64,000 nucleotides of DNA from Bacillota bacterium (GTDB lineage Bacteria > Bacillota > Clostridia > SK-Y3). Where the stretch lies: assembly GCA_022360955.1 (NCBI GenBank), contig JAKSBV010000309.1, positions 6,053-70,052 on the forward strand, written 5' to 3'. This document shows positions 54,655 to 64,000 of the stretch, piece after piece (within the stretch, counting starts at the first letter, position 1; each line of letters starts with the position of its first letter). The notes under the pieces are model-generated. The model searched no databases and had not been told where the DNA came from. It was given only the letters and a program-made list of their open reading frames with translations. The position numbers were made by a program, and so were the translations under genes.

Positions 54655-54750
54655 GTCCTCAAATAATACTCATTCTCATTTTATAAAGTGATCCAGTACT
54701 ACTATATGAATACTTTGATGATTTGGTGACAGTAAAGATCGCGCACTTTA

Positions 54751-54800
54751 CACCTAAATACATTTGAACAAAGGTGTTTTAAAAAATACATGATTCATTC
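54751..54800. mobile_element. MITE-A internal fragment
   Basis: cacctaaatacatttgaacaaaggtgttttaaaaaatacatgattcattc aligns with the reverse complement of 11640-11690. Confidence 0.4.
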
Positions 54801-54994
54801 ATTTTACTTACGTCCAATGGTCTGTATATTCTATTTTTCGAAACACATTTTGATCGGTTATGGATTGATTAACACATTTTTCTATAAACTGTATCAAAAG
54901 CTACAAAATATACATTTTTTATAGTATAATAATTTATGTATTATGAACATCGACATTTAAAATGCGTTATCTATAGAAGGTTGGAGGGAATAAA

Positions 54995-55267
54995 ATGCAT
55001 TTATTGGTTGGGGCAATCGTTTTTGTGATCGGCGTGTTTATTTTAAACCTTGGCGTTACTGCAAATATAACGGAAGAGTATGCTATCTTATATTTAGCAT
55101 CTGTTATTGCTATATGTACATCATTCCTCGCTCGCACCATAAAAGAAACCAAGCAAAGTCAGCACAAAAGTACAATAAAGGGCTCATCATCCTATTTGAA
55201 TGATTTTTTAGAAGAGTTCAATAAATCTAAAAAGGATACTAAAAAGGCTCCAAAGGATACTTCATAA
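54995..55267 (+). CDS. hypothetical small membrane protein
   Basis: two TM helices then a Lys-rich tail; RBS GGAGGG. Confidence 0.5.
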   Translation: MHLLVGAIVFVIGVFILNLGVTANITEEYAILYLASVIAICTSFLARTIKETKQSQHKSTIKGSSSYLNDFLEEFNKSKKDTKKAPKDTS

Positions 55268-55400
55268 AGCATCTCTATCTGCAGCCCTCTTAGTCTTTTC
55301 TATTTTTCATTCAAAAGTGCTCACATATAACCTCTAAAGCCTGCTCCGGAGGTTACAAATGCACTTCCTATTATTTTAGCCCTTTTTTACATGACATGGT

Positions 55401-56981
55401 TTATTTCCTGTTGGCCGGTTCAATATTAATTTTACTTCCTTTGATGCTATTGTCCTTCATGAGTACCAATACTTCTCTGGCATATTCTCTGGGTACTTCG
55501 ACAAAAGTATACTTATCGTAAATATCAATGGTTCCGATTACTCTCCCGGAAATCCCCGTATTGCTGGCAATGCTCCCTACAATATCTTTTGCTTTTATTC
55601 TATGGTTACGGCCTACATTAATAAATAATCTCACCATACCCGCTGCCGCACCGGTATCATTATAATCGTCTTCGACCGTATCTTCTTTATTCTCACTTGT
55701 TACGGCTATTTTGAGCAGCGCTGCCGCGATATCCAACGAAGTATACTCTTCTTCTGTCAGCTTCTCGATCCAATGGACATATTGACTTAAATGCCCTTGT
55801 TCTACCGTTTCTTTCACTTTTTCTATAAATTCGCTTGTCTTTACCTCTTGTACATCGCTGATAGACGGAACCTGACGCAGTTTGATTTTTGTTTTAGCAT
55901 ATCGCTGTATATCTCTTAACTTATAGATTTCCCGTCCTACTACAAAAGTAAAGGCTCGTCCTGTTCTGCCCGCTCGTCCTGTTCTGCCGATTCTGTGCAC
56001 ATAATATTCCTCATCCTGCGGAACATCATAATTAAAAACAGCCTCTACATCATCAACATCAATCCCTCTGGCCGCCACATCCGTTGCAACAAGGATATCA
56101 ATCGTCCCGTTCCTAAACTTGGTCATTACCCGGTCCCTTTGCTGCTGCTTCATGTCTCCGTGCAAACCGTCCGCAAAGAATCCCCTTATTTGCAGGGTAT
56201 TTACCAGCTCATCCACCTTTTTCTTCGTATTACAAAAGATTAGTGATAATTTCGGATTGTACATATCAATTAAACGGCATAAAATTTCTGCTTTCATCTT
56301 TTGTTTTACTTCAAAATAGATCTGTTCGATGCTGGGCACGGTCAATGCCTTATGCACTACCTTCACCAGTTGCGGATCCTTTTGATATTTTTTGGTTAAG
56401 TCTAAAATGGCTCTGGGCATTGTAGCTGAAAACAAGATGGTCTGTCTGTCTTCGGGAATCTTATCCAATATGGTTTCAATATCTTCTCTAAAACCCATAT
56501 CCAGCATCTCGTCGGCTTCATCTAGAATAACCTTTTTAACTGTACCCATCTTTAGCGTCCTGCGCCTCATATGATCCATGACACGTCCGGGCGTCCCAAT
56601 AATAATTTGTATCCCTTTTTTCAAAGCCTTAATCTGGCGCTCTATCGGCTGTCCACCATAAATAGGTAAAATCCCGATGTCCTTTTTATATTTAGACAAT
56701 CTTTTGAGCTCTTCCGCTACCTGAATGGCTAATTCTCTTGTAGGGCATAAAATAACGGCTTGAGGGACTCGGCTCTCCAAGTCTACCATCTCTAAAATAG
56801 GGATACCGAAGGCCGCTGTCTTTCCGGTGCCCGTCTGGGCCTGTCCGATTACATCTTTGCCTGTTAAGATATACGGGATAGCCTGGGACTGAATCGGCGA
56901 GGCTTCTTCAAAACCCATATCCTCAACTGCTTTATTAATCTCTTCTGACAACTTTAGATCTTCAAACTTCCATTTTTCCAT
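55401..56981 (-). CDS. DEAD-box ATP-dependent RNA helicase with DbpA-type C-terminal RNA-binding domain
   Basis: Q motif, AQTGTGKT, DEAD, SAT, HRIGRTGRAG motifs. Confidence 0.95.
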   Translation of the reverse strand: MEKWKFEDLKLSEEINKAVEDMGFEEASPIQSQAIPYILTGKDVIGQAQTGTGKTAAFGIPILEMVDLESRVPQAVILCPTRELAIQVAEELKRLSKYKKDIGILPIYGGQPIERQIKALKKGIQIIIGTPGRVMDHMRRRTLKMGTVKKVILDEADEMLDMGFREDIETILDKIPEDRQTILFSATMPRAILDLTKKYQKDPQLVKVVHKALTVPSIEQIYFEVKQKMKAEILCRLIDMYNPKLSLIFCNTKKKVDELVNTLQIRGFFADGLHGDMKQQQRDRVMTKFRNGTIDILVATDVAARGIDVDDVEAVFNYDVPQDEEYYVHRIGRTGRAGRTGRAFTFVVGREIYKLRDIQRYAKTKIKLRQVPSISDVQEVKTSEFIEKVKETVEQGHLSQYVHWIEKLTEEEYTSLDIAAALLKIAVTSENKEDTVEDDYNDTGAAAGMVRLFINVGRNHRIKAKDIVGSIASNTGISGRVIGTIDIYDKYTFVEVPREYAREVLVLMKDNSIKGSKINIEPANRK

Positions 56982-57373
56982 TATTGTTTGTATCTTCCTT
57001 TCACCTAACTATATTTAATGCAAGTCGTTTTATGTGGTAAATTCTTCCCAAAACCGTAAGAACCCGATGTCTTTTCGATTTTAGCATGATCTTGTAAGCA
57101 CGACTCATTTTACATTCATAAACGGCACGCAGAGTTATTGTATGTCACTACTCACGATTTGTCAAAGGGAAAAGAAAAATTTTTTTATTATTTCACGCTT
57201 TTTATAGAACTTAATGTGTAACTTTATAAAGACATGGGAAAAATATATATTATCCAACCATTGTGAATTCGCGAATACTGTGATACACTATAGCTAACAT
57301 TCAGGATCGACGTATAATACCATATTAAACACACTAAATGTTTTATATTTTGAACTATAAGGAGCACGGGTTT

Positions 57374-58321
57374 ATGCAATTAAAGGATTTAAAGATCGGA
57401 AATTTTGCTGTCTCATCACCTATCATACAGGGCGGCATGGCGGTACGTATATCCACTGCCTCCCTCGCAGCCGCAGTAGCCAACGAAGGCGGTATCGGTA
57501 TCATCGCAGGTACCGGCATGAGTCTGGACGAACTTAAATCTGAAATCCGCAAAGCAAAGGAACTGACTAAAGGAATCATCGGCGTAAATGTCCTTTTTGC
57601 AGTAAGAGAATTCGCCAATTTGGTTAAGGCTGCAATTTCTGAAAAAATTGATTTGATTGTTTCAGGTGCCGGGTTTTCCCGGGATATGTTTACTTGGGGC
57701 AAAGAAAACGGCGTCCCTGTTGTCCCTATCGTATCATCTGCAAAACTGGCTGTACTTGCAGAAAAACTGGGCGCTTCCGCTGTGGTCGTAGAGGGAAAGG
57801 AAGCCGGGGGACATCTGGGCACAAATCTACCGTTAAAGGAAATACTGCCGGAGGTCTGCAAGGCTGTTAAAATCCCTGTGGTCGGTGCCGGCGGCATCAT
57901 GGATGGTAAAGATGTCGCGGATGTTATAAAGCTTGGTGCCAGCGGCGTCCAAATGGGTACTCGTTTCGCTGCCAGCATTGAATCCAATGCCTCGGAGCAG
58001 CTTAAGGCTTTATATATCAAAGCGCAGAAAGAAGATGTCGTCCTTGTCAAAAGCCCTGTAGGCTTACCGGGTCAAGGTATAAAAAATCACTTTTTTGATT
58101 TGATCGCGGGGGGAAATACCCCTAAAATCGAAAATTGTGTGAACTGCTTAAAGCGGTGTTCCCACAGCTTTTGCATTATGGATGCCTTGAAAAATGCATG
58201 TAAATCCGGCGATAACGAGAAAGCTCTGGTTTTTTCAGGTGAGTATGTGCATAAAATCAACGAAATTCTCCCTGTAAAAACCATTTTCAAAAAGTTGTTG
58301 GCCGATATAAGAAGTGCTTAA
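57374..58321 (+). CDS. nitronate monooxygenase / FabK-like FMN oxidoreductase
   Basis: PIIQGGMA, GGHLG, AGGI motifs; start at ATG 57374. Confidence 0.8.
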   Translation: MQLKDLKIGNFAVSSPIIQGGMAVRISTASLAAAVANEGGIGIIAGTGMSLDELKSEIRKAKELTKGIIGVNVLFAVREFANLVKAAISEKIDLIVSGAGFSRDMFTWGKENGVPVVPIVSSAKLAVLAEKLGASAVVVEGKEAGGHLGTNLPLKEILPEVCKAVKIPVVGAGGIMDGKDVADVIKLGASGVQMGTRFAASIESNASEQLKALYIKAQKEDVVLVKSPVGLPGQGIKNHFFDLIAGGNTPKIENCVNCLKRCSHSFCIMDALKNACKSGDNEKALVFSGEYVHKINEILPVKTIFKKLLADIRSA

Positions 58322-58382
58322 GCTGGGCTTTTGCATAAACGCGTGCGTAGCACCCTTTATGAAAGAAATAACGGGTGCTGCT

Positions 58383-59138
58383 TTATGCGACTTTCATTTG
58401 AATTCTGATATAAAGTGTCTTATTGTCAAAAATCGATAAATTAGTGTCTTCAATAATCACAAGTTGTTTGACGAGATCAATATTGTTTGCAATCGCATAA
58501 TCAAAAAATTTTAAGACGCCCGTGTTCAGTTCTTCAAGGCTGTCAATCGTGATATCATAGCAAAGATAGTTTCCCTTTTCCAATATATGTTCTCCTTGCG
58601 TTTGGACTTCTGTACAAAGACAGCAATAGTCATCATAATATACTTCATAAATATGACTGTCATGCTTGGTCTCCACTTTTCCTATAAAGTTATAATAGTC
58701 CAAGGCCGTAGGCACATAATCGATAGTACATCTCCAGACTTCGCATAGATTCCTTGTACTCAATGCTTCAATTCTAAAGTTTGTATTGGCATCTTCCAAT
58801 CCTTCCGATGATTTGATAAGCGCATTGGTTTTCTGCTTCAACGCCTCTAAAGCCTTGATTTGTGCTTCAATCTCTACAACAGATTTTTTCATGATCCCCA
58901 CATAATCGTCTTTATTGTCAATGTCAAACAGCTCTTTAATTTTACCCACCGAAATACCCAATGCCCTTAGTGATAAAACATGTGATAGGATATAAACTTC
59001 CTTCAACCCATACATCCTATAACCGTTTTTTTCTATGGATGCAGGAACCAATACCCCTTTTTCTTCAAAATATCTAATTTGATGCGTGGATACCTTCATT
59101 AATTTAGCCAATTGCCCTATTGTTATTTTATCTTTCAT
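58383..59138 (-). CDS. MerR family transcriptional regulator with C-terminal effector domain
   Basis: ITIGQLAKLMKVSTHQIRYFEEKGVL HTH and coiled coil; start at ATG 59138 behind GGGAGGGG. Confidence 0.85.
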   Translation of the reverse strand: MKDKITIGQLAKLMKVSTHQIRYFEEKGVLVPASIEKNGYRMYGLKEVYILSHVLSLRALGISVGKIKELFDIDNKDDYVGIMKKSVVEIEAQIKALEALKQKTNALIKSSEGLEDANTNFRIEALSTRNLCEVWRCTIDYVPTALDYYNFIGKVETKHDSHIYEVYYDDYCCLCTEVQTQGEHILEKGNYLCYDITIDSLEELNTGVLKFFDYAIANNIDLVKQLVIIEDTNLSIFDNKTLYIRIQMKVA

Positions 59139-59600
59139 AGCAACCCCTCCCAAGGATATGATGATAAATGCAAAAACCCGGGAACCGCTTCACCTATTTT
59201 TAATGGCATCGACCTATCATTCCTTCTCATCAAAATTATAACAATGACATTCCGAAAGCGCAATCTCTCCCGCGTCCCTCCACATTTTAAATAATACGCC
59301 GAATTTTCAAGGCACGAATCACCTGTTTATACATTGATATAGCTTGCAAAAAAGAATATGCCACTACCAACCCAAATATTAAGTAATATAGAAAAATATG
59401 TTCAAAAACTTTAAGTCTGTTATTAGATATGTTATAGTGAAATATAATAAGGAAACGTTACGTTTAAGACATTAAAAATCCGCAGCAACATTGTCGTCAG
59501 CATACATATCAGGGAAAAATGATGTCATCAATTTATAATACAAAGATTACGTATAACCAAATGAAACCTTAGGCCAAAATAATGATAAGGTGGGGAAAAG

Positions 59601-60509
59601 ATGGACAGAAAAAAAATAATCTTAGGCTGGACGGGTGTCGTCATAACCGTACTATTTTCAAGCTTTTGGGCTTATTGGGGCGCTTTCGAGAACTTCCACG
59701 AAGGCTGGTACACCGCTTCCCTTTGGGAAAATATCCTTATGCTGATTTTTCAATACTTGATATTGGCTATCATATTTGTTTTATTAGCTTTAACCTCCTT
59801 AAAGTGGAAACGTATCGGGCTCCTGCTCCATATTGCTTTAGGTATCTTTTGTGTTTGGTTTTTTTCCGGAGCTACTTTTAATACGCTGGGGCTGCTCATC
59901 GTCATCCCTTTTCTTGTGCTGGGACTGGTTTATTATTTTGGCGATCCCTATCCTAAAAAATGGGCCTATCGGCTTATCATATTTGTACCGCTGATTATTG
60001 TTTTAGCCATTTCAATCCCTCAAGGGATTAGGGTATCGCAAAGGGTTAATGACGGCAATTTTGGCATCAGAATCGTTGAAGGAAACGGCATTACACTTGC
60101 CTGGGCCCCAAGGGGACCGGGATGGCCGGACAAAGGCGTGTCATGGGAAGAAGCACAGGACATTTGCAGGTATTTGTCCGAAGATGGCATGACAATTATG
60201 ACAGAGGCCCAAAATATCTGGCGTTTGCCGACAGCTGACGAAGCGGTTCGCTGCATGGCCATTCATGGTGAAAATGCCGGTGGAACGTGGCTTGCGGAAG
60301 AAGAAAAGGCGGTATATAAGAAAAGGCCGGATAAGGAGACGCCTTTATGGGATGTACATTCCAAAGTGATTTATTATTGGACAAACGATACATCCATAAA
60401 GGATGGGCAAAAGGCTTATATTATTACCTATCATGGCGGCGTATTCCCTAAAAGCAAAACAAATCGTCAAAACTATCAGAGTTTCAGGGCTGTTAAAGAA
60501 ACCAAGTGA
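59601..60509 (+). CDS. membrane protein with DUF1566-like C-terminal domain
   Basis: about 5 TM helices then WRLPTADEA motif typical of DUF1566 (Lcl C-terminal) domains. Confidence 0.6.
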   Translation: MDRKKIILGWTGVVITVLFSSFWAYWGAFENFHEGWYTASLWENILMLIFQYLILAIIFVLLALTSLKWKRIGLLLHIALGIFCVWFFSGATFNTLGLLIVIPFLVLGLVYYFGDPYPKKWAYRLIIFVPLIIVLAISIPQGIRVSQRVNDGNFGIRIVEGNGITLAWAPRGPGWPDKGVSWEEAQDICRYLSEDGMTIMTEAQNIWRLPTADEAVRCMAIHGENAGGTWLAEEEKAVYKKRPDKETPLWDVHSKVIYYWTNDTSIKDGQKAYIITYHGGVFPKSKTNRQNYQSFRAVKETK

Positions 60510-60540
60510 AACAGGGGACGGTTCTCTGTTTCACTTTCAG
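60506..60540 (+). terminator. hairpin terminator between convergent genes
   Basis: GTGAAACAG-gggacggttct-CTGTTTCAC then TTTCAG; overlaps the TGA stop. Confidence 0.5.
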
Positions 60541-60568
60541 CATATTCCTTTTCATTGAATCAAATGTT

Positions 60569-60808
60569 TTAAAATAACTCTTCAATTTTCTTACCGTCAA
60601 TCTCATATACGCATAGTTCGGTTGTCGGACACCAGCCTATATTTCCGCTTTCATCACACACAGCAGCCCGCTCTAATGTGCCGGATTCTTCTTCCGGAAG
60701 CAGATTTCCAAAAAAGAGGCCCGGTCGTGTCGCTTTATAGGCTCCAAGACCTGTTCCCAAAAGAATATATATCTTTCCTGTCGACCTATGTTTTACTTTA
60801 ATCGCCAT
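60569..60808 (-). CDS. hypothetical protein
   Basis: 79-aa ORF with RBS-like AGAGGGGTG upstream; no family recognised. Confidence 0.4.
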   Translation of the reverse strand: MAIKVKHRSTGKIYILLGTGLGAYKATRPGLFFGNLLPEEESGTLERAAVCDESGNIGWCPTTELCVYEIDGKKIEELF

Positions 60809-60976
60809 TTTAACACCCCTCTAACAAAACTTTATTATATCAATTGTCCTGCACAAGTTACCATAAATAATTATACAGCAAAAGCTGCGTCGAATTCTGT
60901 CAGATATTGCGGAATGCCATGATTCATTTTATGCCTCCAATATAGTCTGACCTATTACTATTTGACACATAAAAGT

Positions 60977-61273
60977 TCATTTGCATAAGGCGAATTGCTC
61001 TGCCCATTTGCAAAAGACCTGCCACTCATCTAATTTATGGTCTTTACGGGCCCAATATATTGTATAGATATTTTCATAATTCATGGTACAAGTTCTAAGC
61101 TGATTATAGCTTGAGGGCAACAACTGTATTATGTTATACCAAATCTCTCTGTCTTTGGTGTCTAAATATGTAGTCCTCAGTTTTTCCAAATAATCTACCA
61201 CGTCAGATAAAAATGCAGATGATTGAGCCGTTAATCCACTGGTTTTTATATACCAATAACACTTGCTTGTCAT
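60977..61273 (-). pseudogene. possible 5'-truncated gene fragment (hypothetical)
   Basis: 98-aa ORF without RBS; the conserved-looking segment LLPSSYNQLRTCTMNYENIYTIYWARKDHKLDEW looks like the C-terminal part of a larger protein. Confidence 0.3.
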
Positions 61274-61386
61274 TAACTAAAGCCCTATCCATCATTTTCT
61301 TTTTCACATCTTGTTTAATTTTAATATTATCGTTAACTTTTGTGGTATATTTATAATAAACATTATGTTTATAGGCGGGTGTATAA

Positions 61387-61758
61387 ATGACTTTTGGTAA
61401 ACGTTTACGGGCATTAAGAGAAGAAAAAAATATGTCTCAGATAGAGCTTTCCAAACAACTTAAAATTACAAGCCAAGCGTTGTCTCAATATGAATTAGGT
61501 AAACGTATGCCCGATACTTTTATGCTGGAAAAATTGGCAGATTTTTTTGATGTCACCATTGACTATTTGCTGTATAGAGTCAACATACGAAATCCTTATC
61601 AGGATAAAAGAGAATCAGGATTTGTGTCCAAGGTCCATTATAATCTTGATTTAGCCGGATTATCCGATGAGGATATTAAACAAGTTGAAGATTATATTGC
61701 TTTTCTTAAGACAAAGTATAATCCGGACGGGGCGTTGAAAAAAAACAATCTTCCTTAA
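61387..61758 (+). CDS. XRE family HTH transcriptional regulator
   Basis: FGKRLRALREEKNMSQIELSKQLKITSQALSQYELGKRMP. Confidence 0.85.
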   Translation: MTFGKRLRALREEKNMSQIELSKQLKITSQALSQYELGKRMPDTFMLEKLADFFDVTIDYLLYRVNIRNPYQDKRESGFVSKVHYNLDLAGLSDEDIKQVEDYIAFLKTKYNPDGALKKNNLP

Positions 61759-62117
61759 TCAAAAGCAAGAGAGTGCATTCGGGTTGAGGCGAATAGGCTT
61801 GGATATTTGATCTATCGTTGTTCTTCTTATGATAAAGCATTTTGATATTAAGTTTTTAACCGGATTAGTCGGAACATAATACTTACAGAAACAAACAAAA
61901 TAGAAAAAGAAATTTTCCTTATAATGCAGTGTAATATAGAGCCGGTTGTTTTTCTCTAGTGAAGTCATTCCTAGATAAATGAATCCACAATATTCCATGC
62001 AGCAGCAAATGCAATTGGTCCTGCAATTGCCATTGTGATATAGCTGTATGATACATTCTCTAAAAGCACATATCTGCCTGTTAACCATTCAAGTATCGGC
62101 TTTAATATTACTTTCAT

Positions 62118-62221
62118 TAAAGATAACCAACTTTAAACCTAAAAATACATTTGGTCAAACAACGATGTTTCTCCGTTTTTTGTCCAAATATAAATGCCAT
62201 TTTAAAGTGTGATATCTATAT
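62118..62221. mobile_element. MITE-A repeat, full copy
   Basis: TAAAGATAACCAACTTTAAACC ... CATTTTAAAGTGTGATATCTATAT. Confidence 0.8.
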
Positions 62222-62600
62222 GTCCGACCTTTTTCTATTATATGTTTATACACAATCACTATCGTAAGAATATACATTATAGATTTTGCCGCATTAGTTG
62301 CAAAAATAAAAATCGTGAGTAACGCATTGATTCATAAGAAGCCTGATGGCGTTATTCAGCCCTATATTATGCCTTGGTTACGATCAGGGGATCGTATTGC
62401 GTTTATTGTGGTTGCAAATGAAACGACATATTCCCTGCAAGTTTGTTGGTCATAAGCGATATCGGTCTGAAAGAAGCTGCACAACCAAAGTTATGGGCAC
62501 AATAGAATTAATCAAATTATTGATATCCTAAAAGGGTAAGATATATATCATCAGCATTAGATATAGACACGGTAGCTTATACTGCCTAAGGAGGAGTAAA

Positions 62601-63281
62601 ATGATAAACGTACTAATCGTTGAAGATGACCCCATGGTAGCAAAACTAAATGAGAGATACGTTGAAAGCATCTATGGATTCAATGTAAAAGGTATACTAA
62701 CAAATGGAGAAGAAGCCCTAACATTCTGTAAGCACAATCAAGTAGATCTCATTATACTTGATCTATACATGCCAAGGTTAGATGGTGTAAGTTTTTTAAA
62801 GGAACTTAGAAAGACATTTATGATGATAGATGTTATCTTGGTCACTGCTTCAACGGAAACGCAAAACATAGATGCAGTATTAAAGCTGGGAGCAGTAGAT
62901 TACTTGATAAAACCCTTTGATTATGAAAGACTAAAGAACTCCCTTGAAAGCTATGCCAATAGATATCATATTCTTCACAACGCCGAAACAGTAAAACAGG
63001 AGGATCTTGACCAACTGACAAAGGTATTTAAAAATAATAGGGGCACTAGTCTTGCAAAAGGACTCCATGAAAAGACCCTTGAAAGAATCAGGCTGTTTAT
63101 GAAAAAAAATTCTAAGAACTATCTTTCCAGTGAGATGGTTGCCGCGGAGATGACATTATCCAAAGTTACCGTAAGAAGATATTTAGAATACTTAGAAGCT
63201 ATTGGAGAAATAAAAATAGAAGTAGCATATGGCTCCGTAGGGCGTCCATCCCTTAAATATAAATATGTTGGAGATCAATAA
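62601..63281 (+). CDS. two-component response regulator, CitT/DcuR (CitB) family
   Basis: VLIVEDDPMVAKLNERYV, DLIILDLYMPRLDG, YLIKPF receiver motifs and C-terminal HTH; RBS AAGGAGGAG. Confidence 0.9.
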   Translation: MINVLIVEDDPMVAKLNERYVESIYGFNVKGILTNGEEALTFCKHNQVDLIILDLYMPRLDGVSFLKELRKTFMMIDVILVTASTETQNIDAVLKLGAVDYLIKPFDYERLKNSLESYANRYHILHNAETVKQEDLDQLTKVFKNNRGTSLAKGLHEKTLERIRLFMKKNSKNYLSSEMVAAEMTLSKVTVRRYLEYLEAIGEIKIEVAYGSVGRPSLKYKYVGDQ

Positions 63282-63549
63282 CAGGTTTAAGTGATAAGAG
63301 GAACTGTTAATAAATTGTCATAATATTTTTTATGTATTAAATTTTTAGAATATTTTCTAAAGGTATTTTATTTTCTTGGAGTCATATAAAATGTATTTAA
63401 AGTACTATAGGACGTATGAATTATGCTGAAAAGAGCTCAAAAATTCACGAAGAGAATAAGGACAAGTATGGGGTCTGTGGTAAAATGAGGGAAGCGCATT
63501 GTCACAAAAATATAACATGCTTCCCAAAATATAAAAAGGAGGTTTTACA

Positions 63550-64000
63550 TTGAGCAATATGGCTAAAGAAAAAGAAGGCTTCAAAATCATGGGCATGTCA
63601 ATTCCAATTTTTATTTGTGTTACCTTGGTCGTTTTCATTGCTACTTACATGGGTGCTCTGCCAAAAGGAATGGTTGGTGCTTTTCCGCTCATGATGATCA
63701 TTGGGGCAATATTCGATGAAATTGGTAACAAAACACCTTTTGTGAAGGATTACCTTGGCGGAGGACCTATCGTCATAATATTTGGTTCGGCCTTTTTAGT
63801 CACCTATGGTATCTTACCGGAGCAAGCAGGGGAGATTGCAACAAATTTTATGAAGGGTGAAGGATTTTTAAATTTTTATATTGCTGCACTTATTACAGGC
63901 AGTATATTAGGTATGGATAGGAAGTTATTGGTTAAAGCATCGATAAGATATTTGCCTGCTATCATTGGCGGAGTCATCGTTTCGTTAGGCTTAGTCGGAA
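63550..64000 (+). CDS. 2-hydroxycarboxylate transporter family (citrate/malate:cation symporter), partial, continues beyond the window
   Basis: open frame to the window end: ...GFKIMGMSIPIFICVTLVVFIATYMGALPKGMVGAFPLMMIIGAIFDEIGNKTPFVKDYLGGGPIVIIF...; TTG 63550 (7 nt after AGGAGG) or ATG 63559; not in the supplied ORF track. Confidence 0.8.
   Translation, partial: MSNMAKEKEGFKIMGMSIPIFICVTLVVFIATYMGALPKGMVGAFPLMMIIGAIFDEIGNKTPFVKDYLGGGPIVIIFGSAFLVTYGILPEQAGEIATNFMKGEGFLNFYIAALITGSILGMDRKLLVKASIRYLPAIIGGVIVSLGLVG

Noticed and set aside
54582-54960. T-box riboswitch upstream of asnB
   Set aside because: No GGTGGTACCGCG-like T-box sequence or its complement was found by eye in the leader. Only the terminator hairpin is reported. 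An Infernal scan is still needed.
57355-58050. Long antisense ORFs opposite real genes (57355-58050, 34137-34736, 34929-35582, 3073-3435, 28056-28566, 17832-18260, 19090-19515 and similar)
   Set aside because: These are shadow frames of well-supported genes on the other strand. They show low-complexity or compositionally odd translations, have no RBS and match no recognisable family.
61759-62088. 109-aa Cys/Phe-rich ORF
   Set aside because: There is no RBS and the composition is implausible (CICCCMEYCGF, FFFYFVCFCKYY). It lies in an apparently decayed region and is treated as non-coding.
62316-62456. Short frames upstream of the CitT-like regulator, checked as possible histidine-kinase remnants
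   Set aside because: Translations such as VSNALIHKKPDGVIQPYIMPWLRSGDRIAFIVVANETTYSLQVCWS show no HATPase or HisKA motifs. No kinase remnant can be supported by eye.

Overview
AT-rich Firmicutes/Clostridia-type chromosomal window from a spore former; bofA and yaaL are present. Almost all genes are on the minus strand. Recognisable blocks are listed here.
- Housekeeping: the SRP-RNA / dnaX / ybaB / recR / yaaL / bofA block.
- Energy and redox: adhE with Rex-like operators, a sensory [FeFe]-hydrogenase (HydS-like) + PP2C phosphatase operon, and a four-subunit 2-oxoacid:ferredoxin oxidoreductase.
- Transport and catabolism: a sugar ABC operon with an AraC-type response regulator, and a TRAP transporter / split transketolase / SDR / RpiR cluster.
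- Envelope stress: a PspA cluster (DUF4178, DUF4247, 2x DUF350, membrane-anchored spermidine-synthase-like protein) and an ECF sigma / anti-sigma / DUF4097 operon.
- Others: asnB, a DEAD-box helicase, and a CitT/DcuR-type regulator next to a partial 2-hydroxycarboxylate transporter.

The most interesting object is a 536-aa Cas12f/TnpB-superfamily ORF (12183-13793, minus). By my by-eye alignment its RuvC D-E-D triad reads A-Q-E while the zinc ribbon is intact. That predicts a naturally nuclease-dead, probably RNA-guided DNA binder. There is no CRISPR array, cas1/cas2 or tnpA in the window.

The flanks of this gene are colinear with a dispersed ~200-240 bp terminal-inverted-repeat element that I call the F-element. 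One copy carries a perfect 9-bp target-site duplication.

Two further repeat systems fill the intergenic space:
- A ~105-bp palindromic MITE that I call MITE-A. I count about 7 near-complete copies plus fragments.
- Short purine-rich 'word arrays' such as GGGGAGT, GTACAGG and GAATAAT tandems. They start within a few nucleotides of stop codons on the sense strand.

All family assignments are from motif recognition by eye. No searches were run.
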